DNA from: Candidatus Altimarinota bacterium
Lineage (GTDB): Bacteria > Patescibacteriota > Gracilibacteria > BD1-5 > UBA2023
Reading direction: 5' to 3'
Assembly: GCA_043769645.1 (NCBI GenBank)
Contig: JAYVJC010000006.1
Coordinates: forward strand, 1-61,096
DNA length: 61,096 nt
The notes below the pieces were generated by a model that did not search any database, was not told the origin of the DNA, and was given only the letters and a program-made list of their open reading frames with translations. A program made the position numbers and the translations under genes. How positions within the stretch are numbered: position 1 is the first letter of the stretch; each line of letters starts with the position of its first letter. Positions 34,216 to 46,013 of the stretch are shown piece by piece.

Positions 34216-34489
34216 AGATAGAGAGAGGAGATAGGGAGATACACTATCACCCCTTATTTATCTCAATAATTGGACTCTTCGTCATTCTGAGGAACGAAGA
34301 ATCCAGATCTTAAAAAGTTAGGTCCTTTTTTCTTCCAGAAATGGGATGGAGAAATTTTCTGAATATGACTAAAATTACTGTAAAAATAAATTCGATAGGG
34401 ATATCGCTCCTACTCGTTTTGCCTTTTTTCATATTTGCTATAGAATATTGACCTCAATATTCATACCTAATACCTAAGCATCCTACTAT

Positions 34490-35968
34490 ATGACTGTTCG
34501 AACTCGCTTTGCTCCATCACCCACATGATATCTTCATATCGGTTGATTGCGTACCGCCCTGTATGCCTATCTCTGGGCAAAACATAACCATGGGAAATAT
34601 ATACTCAGAATTGAGGATACTGATCGTTCTCGCATCATAGAATGAGCCATTGATGTTATTCTTGATACCCATAAAACTGTAGGAATTATACCCGATGAAG
34701 GACCCCATCATGATGGTGGGTTTGGTCCATACATACAGAGTGAACGGACTCATATATATGCTCCAAAACTCCATAAAATGTGCGAGGAGGGAAGTGCTTA
34801 CTATTGTTTTTGTAGTACCGAACGGCTTCAGGCACTTCGAGAAGAGCAAGAAGCACTTAAACTTGCACCAGGATATGATGGACATTGCCGATATATTCCA
34901 CTCGAAGAGGCTCGTGAGCGTATGGCGAAGGGGGAGAGTCATACTATTCGACTTAAAGTTCCAAAGGGTGAAACAATTGTATTCAATGATATCATTCGAT
35001 GACGTATAGAGTTTAGAACTTCTGAGATTGATGACACGGTGCTTCTCAAGTCGGATGGTATATTTCCAACCTACCATGGAGCCGTCGTCATCGATGATGA
35101 TATGATGTGAATTACTCATGTGATGCGAGGAGAAGAATGGATTAGCTCTACCCCAATCCAAATCCTTACCGCACGTGGACTCGGAATTACCTTGCCAGAA
35201 TATGCACACCTTCCCAATATTATGGGATCAGATGGGAAAAAGCTTTCAAAAAGAACGGGTGACACTGCCGTATCAGAATACCTTGCGAAGGGGTATCTCG
35301 TGGAAGCGATCCTCAATTTTATCGCACTTCTCGGCTGGCATCCAAAGCGCGATCAGGAAATCATGACTCTCAGTCAGATGACAGAACTTTTCCAAATACA
35401 AGATATCCACAAGTCTGGAGCTCTCCTCGATACCGTGAAGTTCGACTGGATGAATGGTGAGTATATCAAGAAATATTCTCCCGAAGAACTCCATATCCGA
35501 CTCTCAGAATACTTGAAAACCTATGATGAAAATTTTTATAATATGGTTTATTCGAAAGCGGATTTTCTCTTCAATACTCGAGTCATTGGCGAGCTTCAGT
35601 CTCGCATGAAGCGATTTGATGAGTTTTCTTCGCTCACGACCTTTATCTATGATGATCCGAAAGATGCCACCTCACTCCTCATCAATCCGAAGATGAAGAT
35701 CGAAACTCTCGATGATGCTCGTATTTCGCTTGAGTTTATCCTCGAAATCCTTCGAGAAAAGGTAGATTTCTCGAGTCAAGATGCTATCAAAAATACGATT
35801 CTCGAATGGATAGCACTCGGTGGGAAAAAGAATGGACAGATTCTCTGGCCGGCGAGAGTTGCACTTTCTGGGGAGGAGTTTTCTCCTGGAGTATTTGAGC
35901 TCGCCTTTATCCTCGGGAAAGAGAAAACTCTTGAGAGAATCGAAAAGCAACTTTCCCGTATCCGCTAA
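34490..35968 (+). CDS. gltX: glutamate--tRNA ligase
   Basis: Contains RFAPSPT-G(TGA 34526)-YLHIG-G(TGA 34544)-LRTALY (HIGH motif) and KLSKR (KMSKS). It joins the upstream part with track ORFs 34778.. and 35120..35968. Confidence 0.95.
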
Positions 35969-36041
35969 AACTTCCAAATATTTGCAAAATAAAAAAATAT
36001 ATGTTATCCTACAAAGGTAACATATTTTTTATTCTCCTTAT

Positions 36042-37019
36042 ATGAAAAAGATACAAATATCATTCTTGATTCTCGGAATGCTTCTCTCATCGATTTCTAT
36101 CGGATTTGCTGATTCGGTGAGTTCGACTCCATCTCCAGTTCAAAATCCCTTTGCCTGTATCATGACCAAGTGGATTATCGACTTCCATGGGATGATGCCA
36201 CTCGATCTCCTCCAGTCATTTATGAAGGATGCCAACCTTGCCTGTTCTACGAACGGATATGGTAGTACTCTCAATCGGTATCCAGGTTGTGATACTGATG
36301 ATATAGTCCTCGATAATGGTCAGGTGTGGGCCGCTTGTAATGTCGGAGCACCGGTAGCGTATAGTGGAACAGTCATCAGTGGAGTAAATGTACCACTCGC
36401 GACTACCGATCAAATCGGACGATACTTCCAATGGTGAGAGATGTATGGTTGGGATAGTGAAGGAACGAGTTCTGGAGACAATATCGCTTATCCTTTAAAT
36501 CTAAAGCTTCCTTCCCAAGATGGATTCTACTCCAGTGTTAGTGATAATAAAATAGGGGGGATAGATCGATGGGGAATTACCGGCTCTCTCCAGGGCCCAT
36601 GCGAAGTTGGATATCATGTACCAACTGCAAAAGATTGGCAGGATACCCTCATCTATGCGGACACAATGTATATGGATATTCCGTCAGTTCTTCGACTTCC
36701 CTTAAGCGGGATTCGTCTCGATACTCTGAGATTCTACTCGAGCAACTGAACATATTGGTCATCATCTATTCTCGGAGAAACTGAGCTGCAATCTGGAAAT
36801 GCCCTCGCTCTAAGCATTACTCCAGTTGAGTTCACTGGAATGGGCAAGGATAATGCACTTCCGATTCGGTGTATAAAAGACAGTAGTGAGACCTACAACA
36901 GTGCACCAGTGCAATCGTGATCTCTCACTGCGTCATCTTCTCTTATAGCACCTCCAGCCCTCATCGACACAGGGAGTTCAGATGAAGATATTATCAGTAG
37001 TCTCCTCGGAGGGCTTTAG
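36042..37019 (+). CDS. secreted FISUMP-like domain protein (Fibrobacter succinogenes major paralogous domain), putative
   Basis: Signal peptide MKKIQISFLILGMLLSSISIGFA. Contains ...QVWAACNVGA..., GRYFQW-G(TGA), GPCEVGYHVPTAKDWQDT, RLPLSGIR and TYWSSS. Three pieces are joined by TGA; TAG at 37017. Confidence 0.6.
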
Positions 37020-37037
37020 AACAAAGTCTGTAAACAA

Positions 37038-37066
37038 AATATCCTCAACCATCGAGGATATTTTTA
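37038..37066 (+). terminator. rho-independent terminator
   Basis: aatatcctc-aaccatc-gaggatatt followed by a T-run. Confidence 0.7.
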
Positions 37067-37166
37067 ATAAATAGAACCATATTTTCTTTGTAATTTCTAG
37101 CATTTTCGTATAATATAGCTTACTACAGAAGTAAAAACGAAGACGAGTACATTCTAATTTTAGATT

Positions 37167-37544
37167 ATGCAATATATTTTCCTCAAAAACATCGTCGAAA
37201 GCACCGCAGAAACCTTTCTCTGCCAGGCTTGCCATCAGCACATTACCCTAGAATCAATACAAGTACTCCATATAAATAGTAACGGTATTGGTATGGTCGT
37301 AGAGTGTCCTCATTGTCATTCGCGTTCAGAACTGCGTGCCGAGATTCATGCGATGGCACAAGAAATGTTAAAGACCGAAGATGGAAGAATTTTTTTTAAC
37401 GAAATGATCCAAAAAAATGGGAGCCTCACTGGAGAAAAAGGGGTGAACTCTTTCGAGAATCAGAATACAATCAAAGAATCAGACATTAAACGGGCCGAGG
37501 AGGAAATATCTGGGGCGACTACCATAGAAGATCTTTTAAAATAA
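37167..37544 (+). CDS. hypothetical zinc-ribbon protein
   Basis: Intact 125-aa ORF with CQACHQH...CPHCHS (two CxxC pairs). Confidence 0.5.
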   Translation: MQYIFLKNIVESTAETFLCQACHQHITLESIQVLHINSNGIGMVVECPHCHSRSELRAEIHAMAQEMLKTEDGRIFFNEMIQKNGSLTGEKGVNSFENQNTIKESDIKRAEEEISGATTIEDLLK

Positions 37545-37548
37545 TCCT

Positions 37549-37971
37549 ATGTTTGGACGAGTTATCGGATTCTTCATCCTTTTTATAACTTTGTATACTC
37601 TCTCAGTATTTATCGTTCCTGAAAAAATAGATCGTTATGGAAATACAGAACTCAATACTTGGATTCGGAGTATCAAAAACTCGGCTGATTCGATCTCCGC
37701 TGAGAATCCAAAAACACTAGCAGAAACCCTTAAAAACTCTATAGTTACTCTGAGCTCTACGGCTTCGGGAATTATAGCGAGTGGTGCTTCACTCGTAGAT
37801 GAAAGTAAAAAAACGTACGATATTACGAAGGAGGTCGTAGATACAAAGATTGAGCAAATAAATTCGACAACAGAATCCGTAAAAAAAGCCTATGAAGCTT
37901 TTGATGAGGCAAAGAAAAATATAGAAAGATTGACTACTTTTTCTGGAATGACGAGTTCATGAAATCGATAA
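37549..37971 (+). CDS. membrane-anchored hypothetical protein
   Basis: Track ORF 37549..37962 extended through a TGA to TAA 37969. It has an N-terminal TM helix and lies 4 nt after the previous gene. Confidence 0.5.
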
Positions 37972-38058
37972 TTGATACGCCCTATCAGTTTATTTAACTG
38001 AACTCAGACTTGATTTCAGCCTTTTTTTTGTTATGCTCTCGATCTTTATTCCCGTTTT

Positions 38059-39105
38059 ATGAGTTTTACGACGCGACGCGCTCGAGTGACGACGTCATCA
38101 ACATCAAAAAAGATATCCTCCTTCCGATCTGTATTTCTTTCTTTGCTCATCGTTTCTCTTGGCTCCCTCATTTTTGGATATTTTTGGATAGCCTCCGTGG
38201 GATCGACTTTGATTGAAGTCGGAAGATATAATATAGGGAAATGAGAGACCCTCTCCACACTCGACGATATCCTCCATATTCCTATTTCTCATGGTAGATA
38301 TAAAGTCTGGCTTCGTTATTTTTCTTTGAATCGTCAACTTGAGGTGGGTACGTATACCGTTACTTCTTCAGTTACTCTCGACACATTTATTCGAGAAACA
38401 CTCGATGCCCCAGCGCATACCGACCTTACTATTACGGTCTTACCAGGATGGAATATCTACGATATGGATACATACTTTCAGGAAAAAAAGGTACTTCCAA
38501 TTGGGGTATTTATGGAAACAACCATCGCAGATTTTCCCATTCTCCAAAAAAAATACCCTTTCTTAGTATGAGTATCAAGTCTCGAGGGATTTCTTATTCC
38601 GGATACCTATCGAGTAAGAAAAGATGCAACGGCTCGTGAGATTATCGAAGTCATGCTCCATGAATTTGAAAAAAAGATAGCACCTGAATATCTCAAAATG
38701 GATTCAAAAAAAGCGTATGAAACACTCACTCTCGCTTCGATTGTAGAACGTGAAGAGCGTAATACCTCTGAACAACCTATCGTCGCAGGGATTCTCTCGA
38801 AGCGGTTTATTGAGTGAATGCCAATAGGAGCGGATGCGACAGTTTGTTATGGATATGCGAAAACACAGTCACAGTGTACACCGAGTTTCATAGCCTCTGT
38901 GATATACGATCCGAATCCTTACAACACTCGTTCGACACGAGGCCTTCCTCCCACACCGATATCGAGTATCAAGGTGGAAACCTGGAATCACACCCTGCAT
39001 TCAGAGACTTCTCCATATTATTATTACCTCCATGATAGTGATTGAGTGATTCACTATGGGAAGACACTCGAGGAACATAGTGCCAACAAGAAGAAATATT
39101 TATAA
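38059..39105 (+). CDS. mltG: endolytic murein transglycosylase MltG (YceG-like)
   Basis: N-terminal TM helix, then LEGFLIPDTYRV, ASIVEREE and YNTRSTRGLPPTPISS motifs. Four track fragments in one frame are joined by TGA; TAA at 39103. Confidence 0.85.
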
Positions 39106-39260
39106 TAGTGTTCTCGAAAAAAGTGTGAGTAAGATATAGAGTAGACCTATTTTTTGGATATTTTCAAGAGAAAAAAATGTACTATTTTGCCCTTTTGTAT
39201 ATAGTTTTTGTCTTACTATAGCCTGAAATTATCGCTTAAAATAAACTTATTTTCCGAACT

Positions 39261-40427
39261 ATGCCTCCACCACAGATCAATGATATCCTCAATAATGTCG
39301 TCGTTCTCAATAATGAAACGATAGAATCATTTTTGAAAGAGGTCAGAAAACTCTTCATATCGCTCAAGAAATCGAAAGATATCGATAATCTCAAGGTTCT
39401 TCGAAATCGTCTCGAAATTCTCCTGAAATCTTGACAAAAGCGTCTTTCTCGAAAAGAAAAGAAGGAATTTAAGCGGATTTCGGACCTTATGGAAGAAATG
39501 GACGAGGTGATCCATACGATTGAAGAAGAAAACAAAGCAGTTATTGAACCGACTGATATCTTGAAACAATTTCGAAAAAAATACTCCTCTATCATGGAGC
39601 TTCCAGCATGAAAAAGGAAGACCCATGTGCTCGTTGCTATGAAAAAAGACAATATTGCCTACGAAGAAGAGATGCTTCTCCTCCAGATGGAACTTTCGAA
39701 GCTGCAGAAGTATATACAAGAGAGTGGAAGGAAGGTTCTTATTATCTTTGAGGGGCGGGATGCAGCAGGGAAGGGGGGAAATATTAAAAGATTTATGGAA
39801 TCGCTCAACCCACGATATGCGAAGGTCGTGGCACTCCAGAAGCCTACTGATATCGAACAGGGGCAGTGGTACTTTCAGCGATATATCAAGAATCTACCTA
39901 ACGCCTGAGAAATTGTTTTTTTCGATCGAAGTTGGTACAATCGAGCCGGAGTCGAACCAGTTATGGGTTTCGTCAATAAGACGAATTATGAAACCTTTCT
40001 CGAAGATGTTCCGACGCTTGAAAAGATGATTGTACATTCGTGAGTCAAAATTATCAAGTTTTATTTCTCTGTCTCGAAAGATGAACAGGCCAAGCGATTC
40101 CAAGAACGACGGACGAATCCTCTGAAACAATTCAAGCTTTCTCCTATTGATCAATTCTCTCAACAACTTTGGGATAAGTACTCAGTAGCTGAACTTGCGA
40201 ACTTTACCCATACTCACTCGACGCATGCGCCTTGGATTATCGTCAATAGTGACGATAAGGAAGCATCCCGTATCAATGCGATCAAGTACCTTCTTTCACA
40301 GTTTAACTATCCAGGAAAACTCAAAAGTGGAGCGCTCAAAGTGGATAGGAATATTATCGAGTCAGCGAAAGATCGTATAAAAATACTTGAAAAAGAAGTA
40401 GATAAAAAGATTAGGCTCTTTGATTAG
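39261..40427 (+). CDS. ppk2: polyphosphate kinase 2 (PPK2) with N-terminal coiled-coil extension
   Basis: Contains [13 protein letters not shown] (P-loop), LPNA-G(TGA)[16 protein letters not shown], and lid/C-terminal motifs. The frame stays open (two TGA) back to ATG 39261, which adds about 120 aa of charged helical sequence. The true start could instead be internal (GTG 39627). Confidence 0.8.
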
Positions 40428-40494
40428 TTGAAGAAATAGATACTTACTGATTTCTTACCTATTCGAGTGATAGTAAGGATATTCACTTTTTCAT

Positions 40495-41946
40495 ATGATC
40501 GAATCTTTCAACACCTTCCTCGTTCCTTTAGAAAAGCTCCTCATAAAGTATATTCCTCAGATCAGAATACTTCTTCTCAGTCTTAGTATCTTTGTACTCC
40601 CGCTGATATTTATTCCCTCCTTTCAGAAAGATACTGGAGGACAAGCAATGAATATTCTCTGGTTTATCCTGTTCCTGCCTATTTTCGCGCGAGTTATCGG
40701 TCTTTCTTTCGCGATGACTCTCTTGCCCCTTCGGAAGGAGCTCGGTATCCTTATGGGTGTACTTGCCTGGGTCCATAGTACTGCCTATATAGTCGAGTAT
40801 CCTACGTGGATTCTGGATCCTCTTTTTTGGTGGAGTAAAGGAAATATTACTTACTTCACTGTCGGAGTTATCGCGCTCCTTCTTACGACACCGCTCCTTC
40901 TTACGTCGAATGAATGGGCGATACGAAAGCTCGGGAAACGGTGGAAGTTACTTCATCGATTGGTTTATGCTATTGCCATTTTTACGGTCGCTCATGTCGT
41001 GCTGATTACTTGGGTCAATCAGGGAATGGTTGATTATACCTATCCAGCCATTCTTGTTATATATTTCTTCGGTAAAATACTGGAGTGGCGATGATTTTCT
41101 TTTGTGAAGAAAAAACTCTATCCGAAGTGACAAAAGTTTCGATGTATTCCTTGCGGTTTTATTTACGATCCTGCGCTCTGAGATATCGATGGTGGAATTC
41201 CAGCGTGAACCGAGTTTAACGATATTCCCGAGAATTGGCGCTGTCCTCAGTGTGGAGTGACAAAAGCCGACTTTGTACTATACGAGGAGGGGGAAGATAT
41301 CCAAACTATTAGGGCAACAATTATAGAAACTACGATGCTGAATCCTACGACGCTCGAGCTTATCGTCGAAACTGAAAAAAGCCTCCAGAGTCTTCCAGGC
41401 CAGTTTATGCTTTTTCTCTTCAATGATGCGGACGGCGATTTTACGAGATCCTACTCGATTGTCACAACCAATGGCAAACGATTTACCTTTACCATCAAGC
41501 TTTCAGATCTCGGGCGATGAGCGAAAGTTCTGAGAAGCCTCAAGAAGGGAAATACGATTGATGTTATAGGTATATTTGGAAACTTTACCCTCAAGATGAC
41601 AAAAGAGAGAAAAATATTTATCGCAACGGGTACTGGTCTCGCGCCTATCTACCATATGATACAAGCTACTGAAGGAACCGAGAATAGTCTCTACTTCAGT
41701 GTATCGACGAAAGATGAGCTTTTCTATAGAGAAAGACTTGAAGCGATACCTCACTTGGATCTCAATATTCATGTTACGAAAGAAGACGTAGATGGTTGTA
41801 AATCGGGAAGGGTCGATACAAACCTTATCGAGGCGGCCCCAGATACGGAGTGGTACCTCTGTGGAAATCCACGTATGGTGACCGAAACGCGTGAAAAACT
41901 TCAGAAAAGAGGATTTACGAAGGTGTATAGTGAAGAGTTTAATTAA
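40495..41946 (+). CDS. fusion protein: ferric-reductase-like heme TM domain + rubredoxin + FNR-like FAD/NAD(P)-binding domain
   Basis: The frame was checked codon by codon across 41092..41257. It has a TM domain with conserved His pairs and a rubredoxin (FRCIPCGFIYDPAL-G(TGA)-DIDGGIPA-G(TGA)-TEFNDIPENWRCPQCG). These are followed by RSYS (FAD), GTGLAP (NAD) and YLCGNP motifs. Confidence 0.8.
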
Positions 41947-42112
41947 GCAATTAATATAGTTCAAACCATCATATTTCTAGAATAGAGTTTTCAAGACTAT
42001 GAATGTGAGTGAATATTTCGATTGAAATGCTTTAACCCATAGTGGTTCGGCTCATACGGGACATCACTTATTACTCCGTTTACAGCAGATGGACTCGCAG
42101 GATGTTAATCTG

Positions 42113-42139
42113 AATCCTCCATGAAAGTGGGGGATTTTT
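42113..42139 (+). terminator. rho-independent terminator-like hairpin
   Basis: aatcctcc-atgaaagt-gggggatt followed by ttt. It is similar in sequence to the hairpins at 15165 and 48294. Confidence 0.5.
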
Positions 42140-42230
42140 GAAAATTTACTTGTTATACCTAGAATAATTAGCTTTACATATTTAAATATTAAGTATAATA
42201 AAGTTATAACTATCTCTTTAACTTTGTTTT

Positions 42231-42665
42231 ATGAATCAGTGAACATACCTCTTTACATGATTAACAATTGCAATTGGCAAAAGAGGTTATTTTTCAGAAC
42301 CTATAGATAAGCTCCACATGGAAGAATACGCTCTTGCTCCAAAATCTGTAGAGAGAGTAGTCCATTGAGTCCCGAGACTTGTAGCATATAGATTACGCTC
42401 TATCACGCGAAGAGATGGAAATCATGTATTCTCATCTACGCTCGATCCTTGAAACCGAGAATTGGTTTGGATGCCAGACTTTGAAATTCTCCTTGCGGAT
42501 ATGGTAAGATGAACAAATGATGCACCTCTTCTTGATGGTGCGTCAAGTTCTGACGCTCTAAATCAAGTATATGATGTTTGGAGGCGACGGATTGCTCATA
42601 CTTTAGATCGAAGCATATCTACACATTTACAGAATTGAAAATCAGAAGTTTTAATTCGAATATAG
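42231..42665 (+). CDS. hypothetical protein
   Basis: ATG at 42231 and TAG at 42663. It has 144 codons including 6 TGA. No homology recognised. Confidence 0.4.
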
Positions 42666-42668
42666 TAT

Positions 42669-44108
42669 CTATATCCTCGAACTTAAGATAATACTTTTCC
42701 CCGCTACATATCCACTTGCCCAGCATATCTGAAGTGAGAATCAACCGGTATACCCATCCACATTGAGCACCTCTCCTGCAAAGTAGAGGTTCTTGCGGAG
42801 TTTAGATTCCATCGTTTCAGGATCGATCTCATCGGTATTGACTCCTCAGGCGGTGACGAACTCATCTCCAGGACGACGTTCGAGAAGAGTAATAGGGATT
42901 CATTCTCCGAGGAGTTTCGAGAGCTTTTCACGATCCAGACGTGAAATGGAAGCCGCGAAAGTATCCTCGATATGAGTAAAATATTCTCGTATGAATCCTT
43001 CTGCGAACCTTCGCGGAAGCTTCTCGGAGAGTATACTCACGATGAACTTCTTCGGATGAAGTTGAAATTGCTCCTTGAAAAATATTTCCCAATCAAACAA
43101 ACGCATTGATGTAAGAGGGGAGAAGTGTACGATTCTTGAGGCAGTACCCCCCTGTATCCCCCCTTCAAATGAGGGTATAGAACCAATCTTTTCAAAGGCT
43201 AAATGCGATGAGAGCATAAAGGCCAGGGGACCTGAAATCCCAAAGTGAGTGAGGAGTATGGGTCAAGTGAGTTCGATCTTTTTCTCATTCTCCGAAGGAG
43301 AATCTGATCCAGAGAGATCCTCGCTTCGCAAGGGTGATAATCGAAAAGAAATCCGTGCATCTTCAAAAGCGAGGCCTGAAAGGGCGTGAAGCCAGTGTTC
43401 CTTCGTGAGAAAGCTCGAAAGCGAGGGTCAGAGCTTCGTCACGGTATGCCCAAGCGCACGAGCAAAGGCATATCCATCCCCACTCGAACCCGTATGGCTA
43501 TAGGCATTTCCACCCGTCGTAATGACAAGGACATCTGCTTCATAGGATCACTTTTGAGTCATGATGTGATATTTTTCTGTTCAGGTTTGACCTCTTCAAT
43601 AAGTCGAAGTAGAGACTGAAATATCTGGCTGATTCATTCATTCTTGATCCAACAATGATAGCTCAATAACTCACTCCCCATAATGAAGGGCGATCTTCTC
43701 GCGATTATTTGCAAATATATCTTCGAATACCCCGACGACATCTCTGCCATCATCAGAAACGGGGAAAACCCGCATATCTTCTTGGCACTTGAGTGGTACT
43801 CCATGAGATTCGAACCATTCATAGCATTTCTTCGGGGAAAATTTTCCAAGTGCATACTTGATGAAGGTACTCCCACGAGTATATTTCGATAGGAGTATTT
43901 TTTTGTCAGTGATTCCGGTCGTCACATTACACCGACCTCCACCAGAAATAATCACCTTTTTTCCAGGGGAAGTATTTTTCTCGAAGAGATCGATATGGAT
44001 TGGGGTTTTGGAATTCTGGAGTAACGGGGAATTGGATATTTCCTCGAGAATCGTAGCTGTGACCATAAGTCCTGCAGCTCCAGCTCCGATGATGGCAATA
44101 CGTGTCAT
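42669..44108 (-). CDS. HI0933/BaiN-like NAD(P)/FAD-dependent oxidoreductase
   Basis: Contains [11 protein letters not shown] (dinucleotide fold), [44 protein letters not shown], and [18 protein letters not shown]...[19 protein letters not shown]. Track ORFs 43671..44108 and 42900..43217 are joined by multiple TGA codons; TAG at 42669. Confidence 0.85.
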
Positions 44109-44241
44109 AGCAAGATACTAACAAAATTTTGATAAATACAAACTAATATTGAAACATTATCTTCAATAGTATATATACATTCTCTTGAAGATAGTCTGAG
44201 AAGTTATAAAATGTCGAGGTTTTATTTCCTATCTTTTTCTT

Positions 44242-45336
44242 ATGAAGTATTTTCTCCTTGCCTTATCAATAGTATTGTTTTTTACGAGTACTGAGGCGAG
44301 TGCCGAGACCTCAGTTGGTAATAATGCCTCTACATATCCCAATACCAGTATGAATTACGGGGAAGCTCAGAAGATGGAAATGCAAAATAAATCGACCGCT
44401 ATGCGTATCGCGAAGTACACCGAACTCAAAACAAAAGGAGTTGATGTTTCTGTACTAACACCAGATACTCTCGATGCGTCGAAGACGGATGAGGGAAAAT
44501 TCTGGGATGCCATGAGGATTATCGAAAAAAACCGTGATTCTCTCTCCCGTGCCGAGTATGTGAAGAATCTTACTCAAAAATGAGTTGATACTTCCACTCT
44601 ATCTCCGGATCTCCTCGATGCCTTTAAGACTGATAGCACAGCCTTCTGGAATGCGATGAAAAGTATCCAACAAGCCGGTGAAATAAAATCACGAAAAGAG
44701 TATCTTGCTAAAATCGCAGGACAAGGAGCTGATATTTCCGGATTTACTGATGCTATTATAGCTGATGGAACCGCCTTTTGGGATCTTGCGAAGAAGGTAC
44801 AATCTGTCCCACCTACAAAATCTATAGACCGACCATACCCGATGGCGAAGTCAGACTCAGGGACTTTAGCGACTGAACTTGCCTATATGAAGAAAATGGT
44901 GGAGGAAATGAAGGCAAAGGGAATAGATACTTCTAGATTCACCGATGAAGTCATGGCGAATAAAGAAGCCTTTACCAAGCTTGTCAGATCTCTGCAATGA
45001 ACGGAATCGACAAAGATGCCACCGAAAAAAGAACCTCCTCAGACGCTCCCTCCTGTTAAAGACACAACTACTCCTATCAAAGAAACAAATGGATCACTTT
45101 CTGAAAAAACCCGCTCCCTCTTCCAGGCTCGCCTGGATAAGATTCCTGAGGAGATGAAAATCAGTGTATTGACTCGACTTGAGTCAGTCATCATGAAACA
45201 GATCGATCTCGCGACGTCAAAGTCGAATACCAAGCTCGTCACGAAGCTTCAAGAAATGCTTCAGATAGTGCAAGATAAACGGGATGATACCCTACTCGAT
45301 GATTCGATGATGATTCCTAACTCCATGATGAACTAG
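44242..45336 (+). CDS. secreted repeat protein (hypothetical)
   Basis: Signal peptide, then four degenerate repeats of about 30 aa (G[VAI]D[VTI]S...D....FW[DN]AM). Three track ORFs in one frame are joined by TGA. Confidence 0.6.
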
Positions 45337-45450
45337 ACCATTTTATCAAAAAAATCCCCCAGAAAATGGGGTATTTTTTATTTCTTCTTTTTTGTCACCA
45401 TTTTTTCTTACAATCGTCTCTAGTTACAAGAACGTTCTCCAATACTATAT

Positions 45451-45813
45451 ATGCTCAGTCTCTCATTACAAAAGGTTCGATCCTGAGACCTTTCAGCCTT
45501 CGGAGAATTGTACGATGCCTCATACGAAAAAATATATAGATTTATCTACCATCGGACCCTGGATACTTTTTTTACCGAAGATGTGATTTGGGATGTGTAT
45601 ATAAAGGCGATAGAAAATATCGCTTCATTTAACAGAAAAACTGAAGCTGAGTTTTTCGCTTGGATGTATCGTATTGCCTATACGACTCTTATCGACGCTC
45701 TTCGGAGATCGAAGGAGGAGGTCACCATCGAGGATATGGAACTAGAACCAGGTTTTACTCTCGGCTATGTCCATCTGACTCGGCCTACTCGAGAAGGGAA
45801 GTATGATGAGTAA
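45451..45813 (+). CDS. ECF-type sigma-70 family protein, region 2 only (apparently truncated)
   Basis: ...ELYDASYEKIYRFIYHRTLDTFFTEDVIWDVYIKAIENIASFNRKTEAEFFAWMYRIAYTTLIDALRR resembles sigma-70 region 2. I found no region 4 in any downstream frame. ATG at 45451; one TGA. Confidence 0.5.
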
Positions 45814-46013
45814 TTTGTGCCAGCGTATCTGTTTTCCATCCCGGATACTCCCAAACATATCTGAAATCCTACCAAAATAACCATCCTAATGACTCAGGAA
45901 TTTCTCCCGAACGATTGACTCTCTACTCAATCGACTGAGCCATCTCTTCCTCAGTAGTTTTTTCTTATCTTGTCCTCTACACTTAGGAAACCATATTCTT
46001 TTACTGCAGAGGA

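Noticed and set aside
33852-34250. 132-aa minus-strand ORF rich in Ser/Pro/Leu (…PSFPSLLASRLPSFSPRSKPANQQ…).
   Set aside because: It is a translation of purine-rich low-complexity intergenic repeats. It overlaps the start of the histidine kinase and has no coding-like features.
34517-35494. Minus-strand ORFs 34517..35209 (230 aa), 35116..35316 and 35273..35494.
   Set aside because: They are antisense to gltX, which has HIGH and KMSKS motifs on the plus strand.
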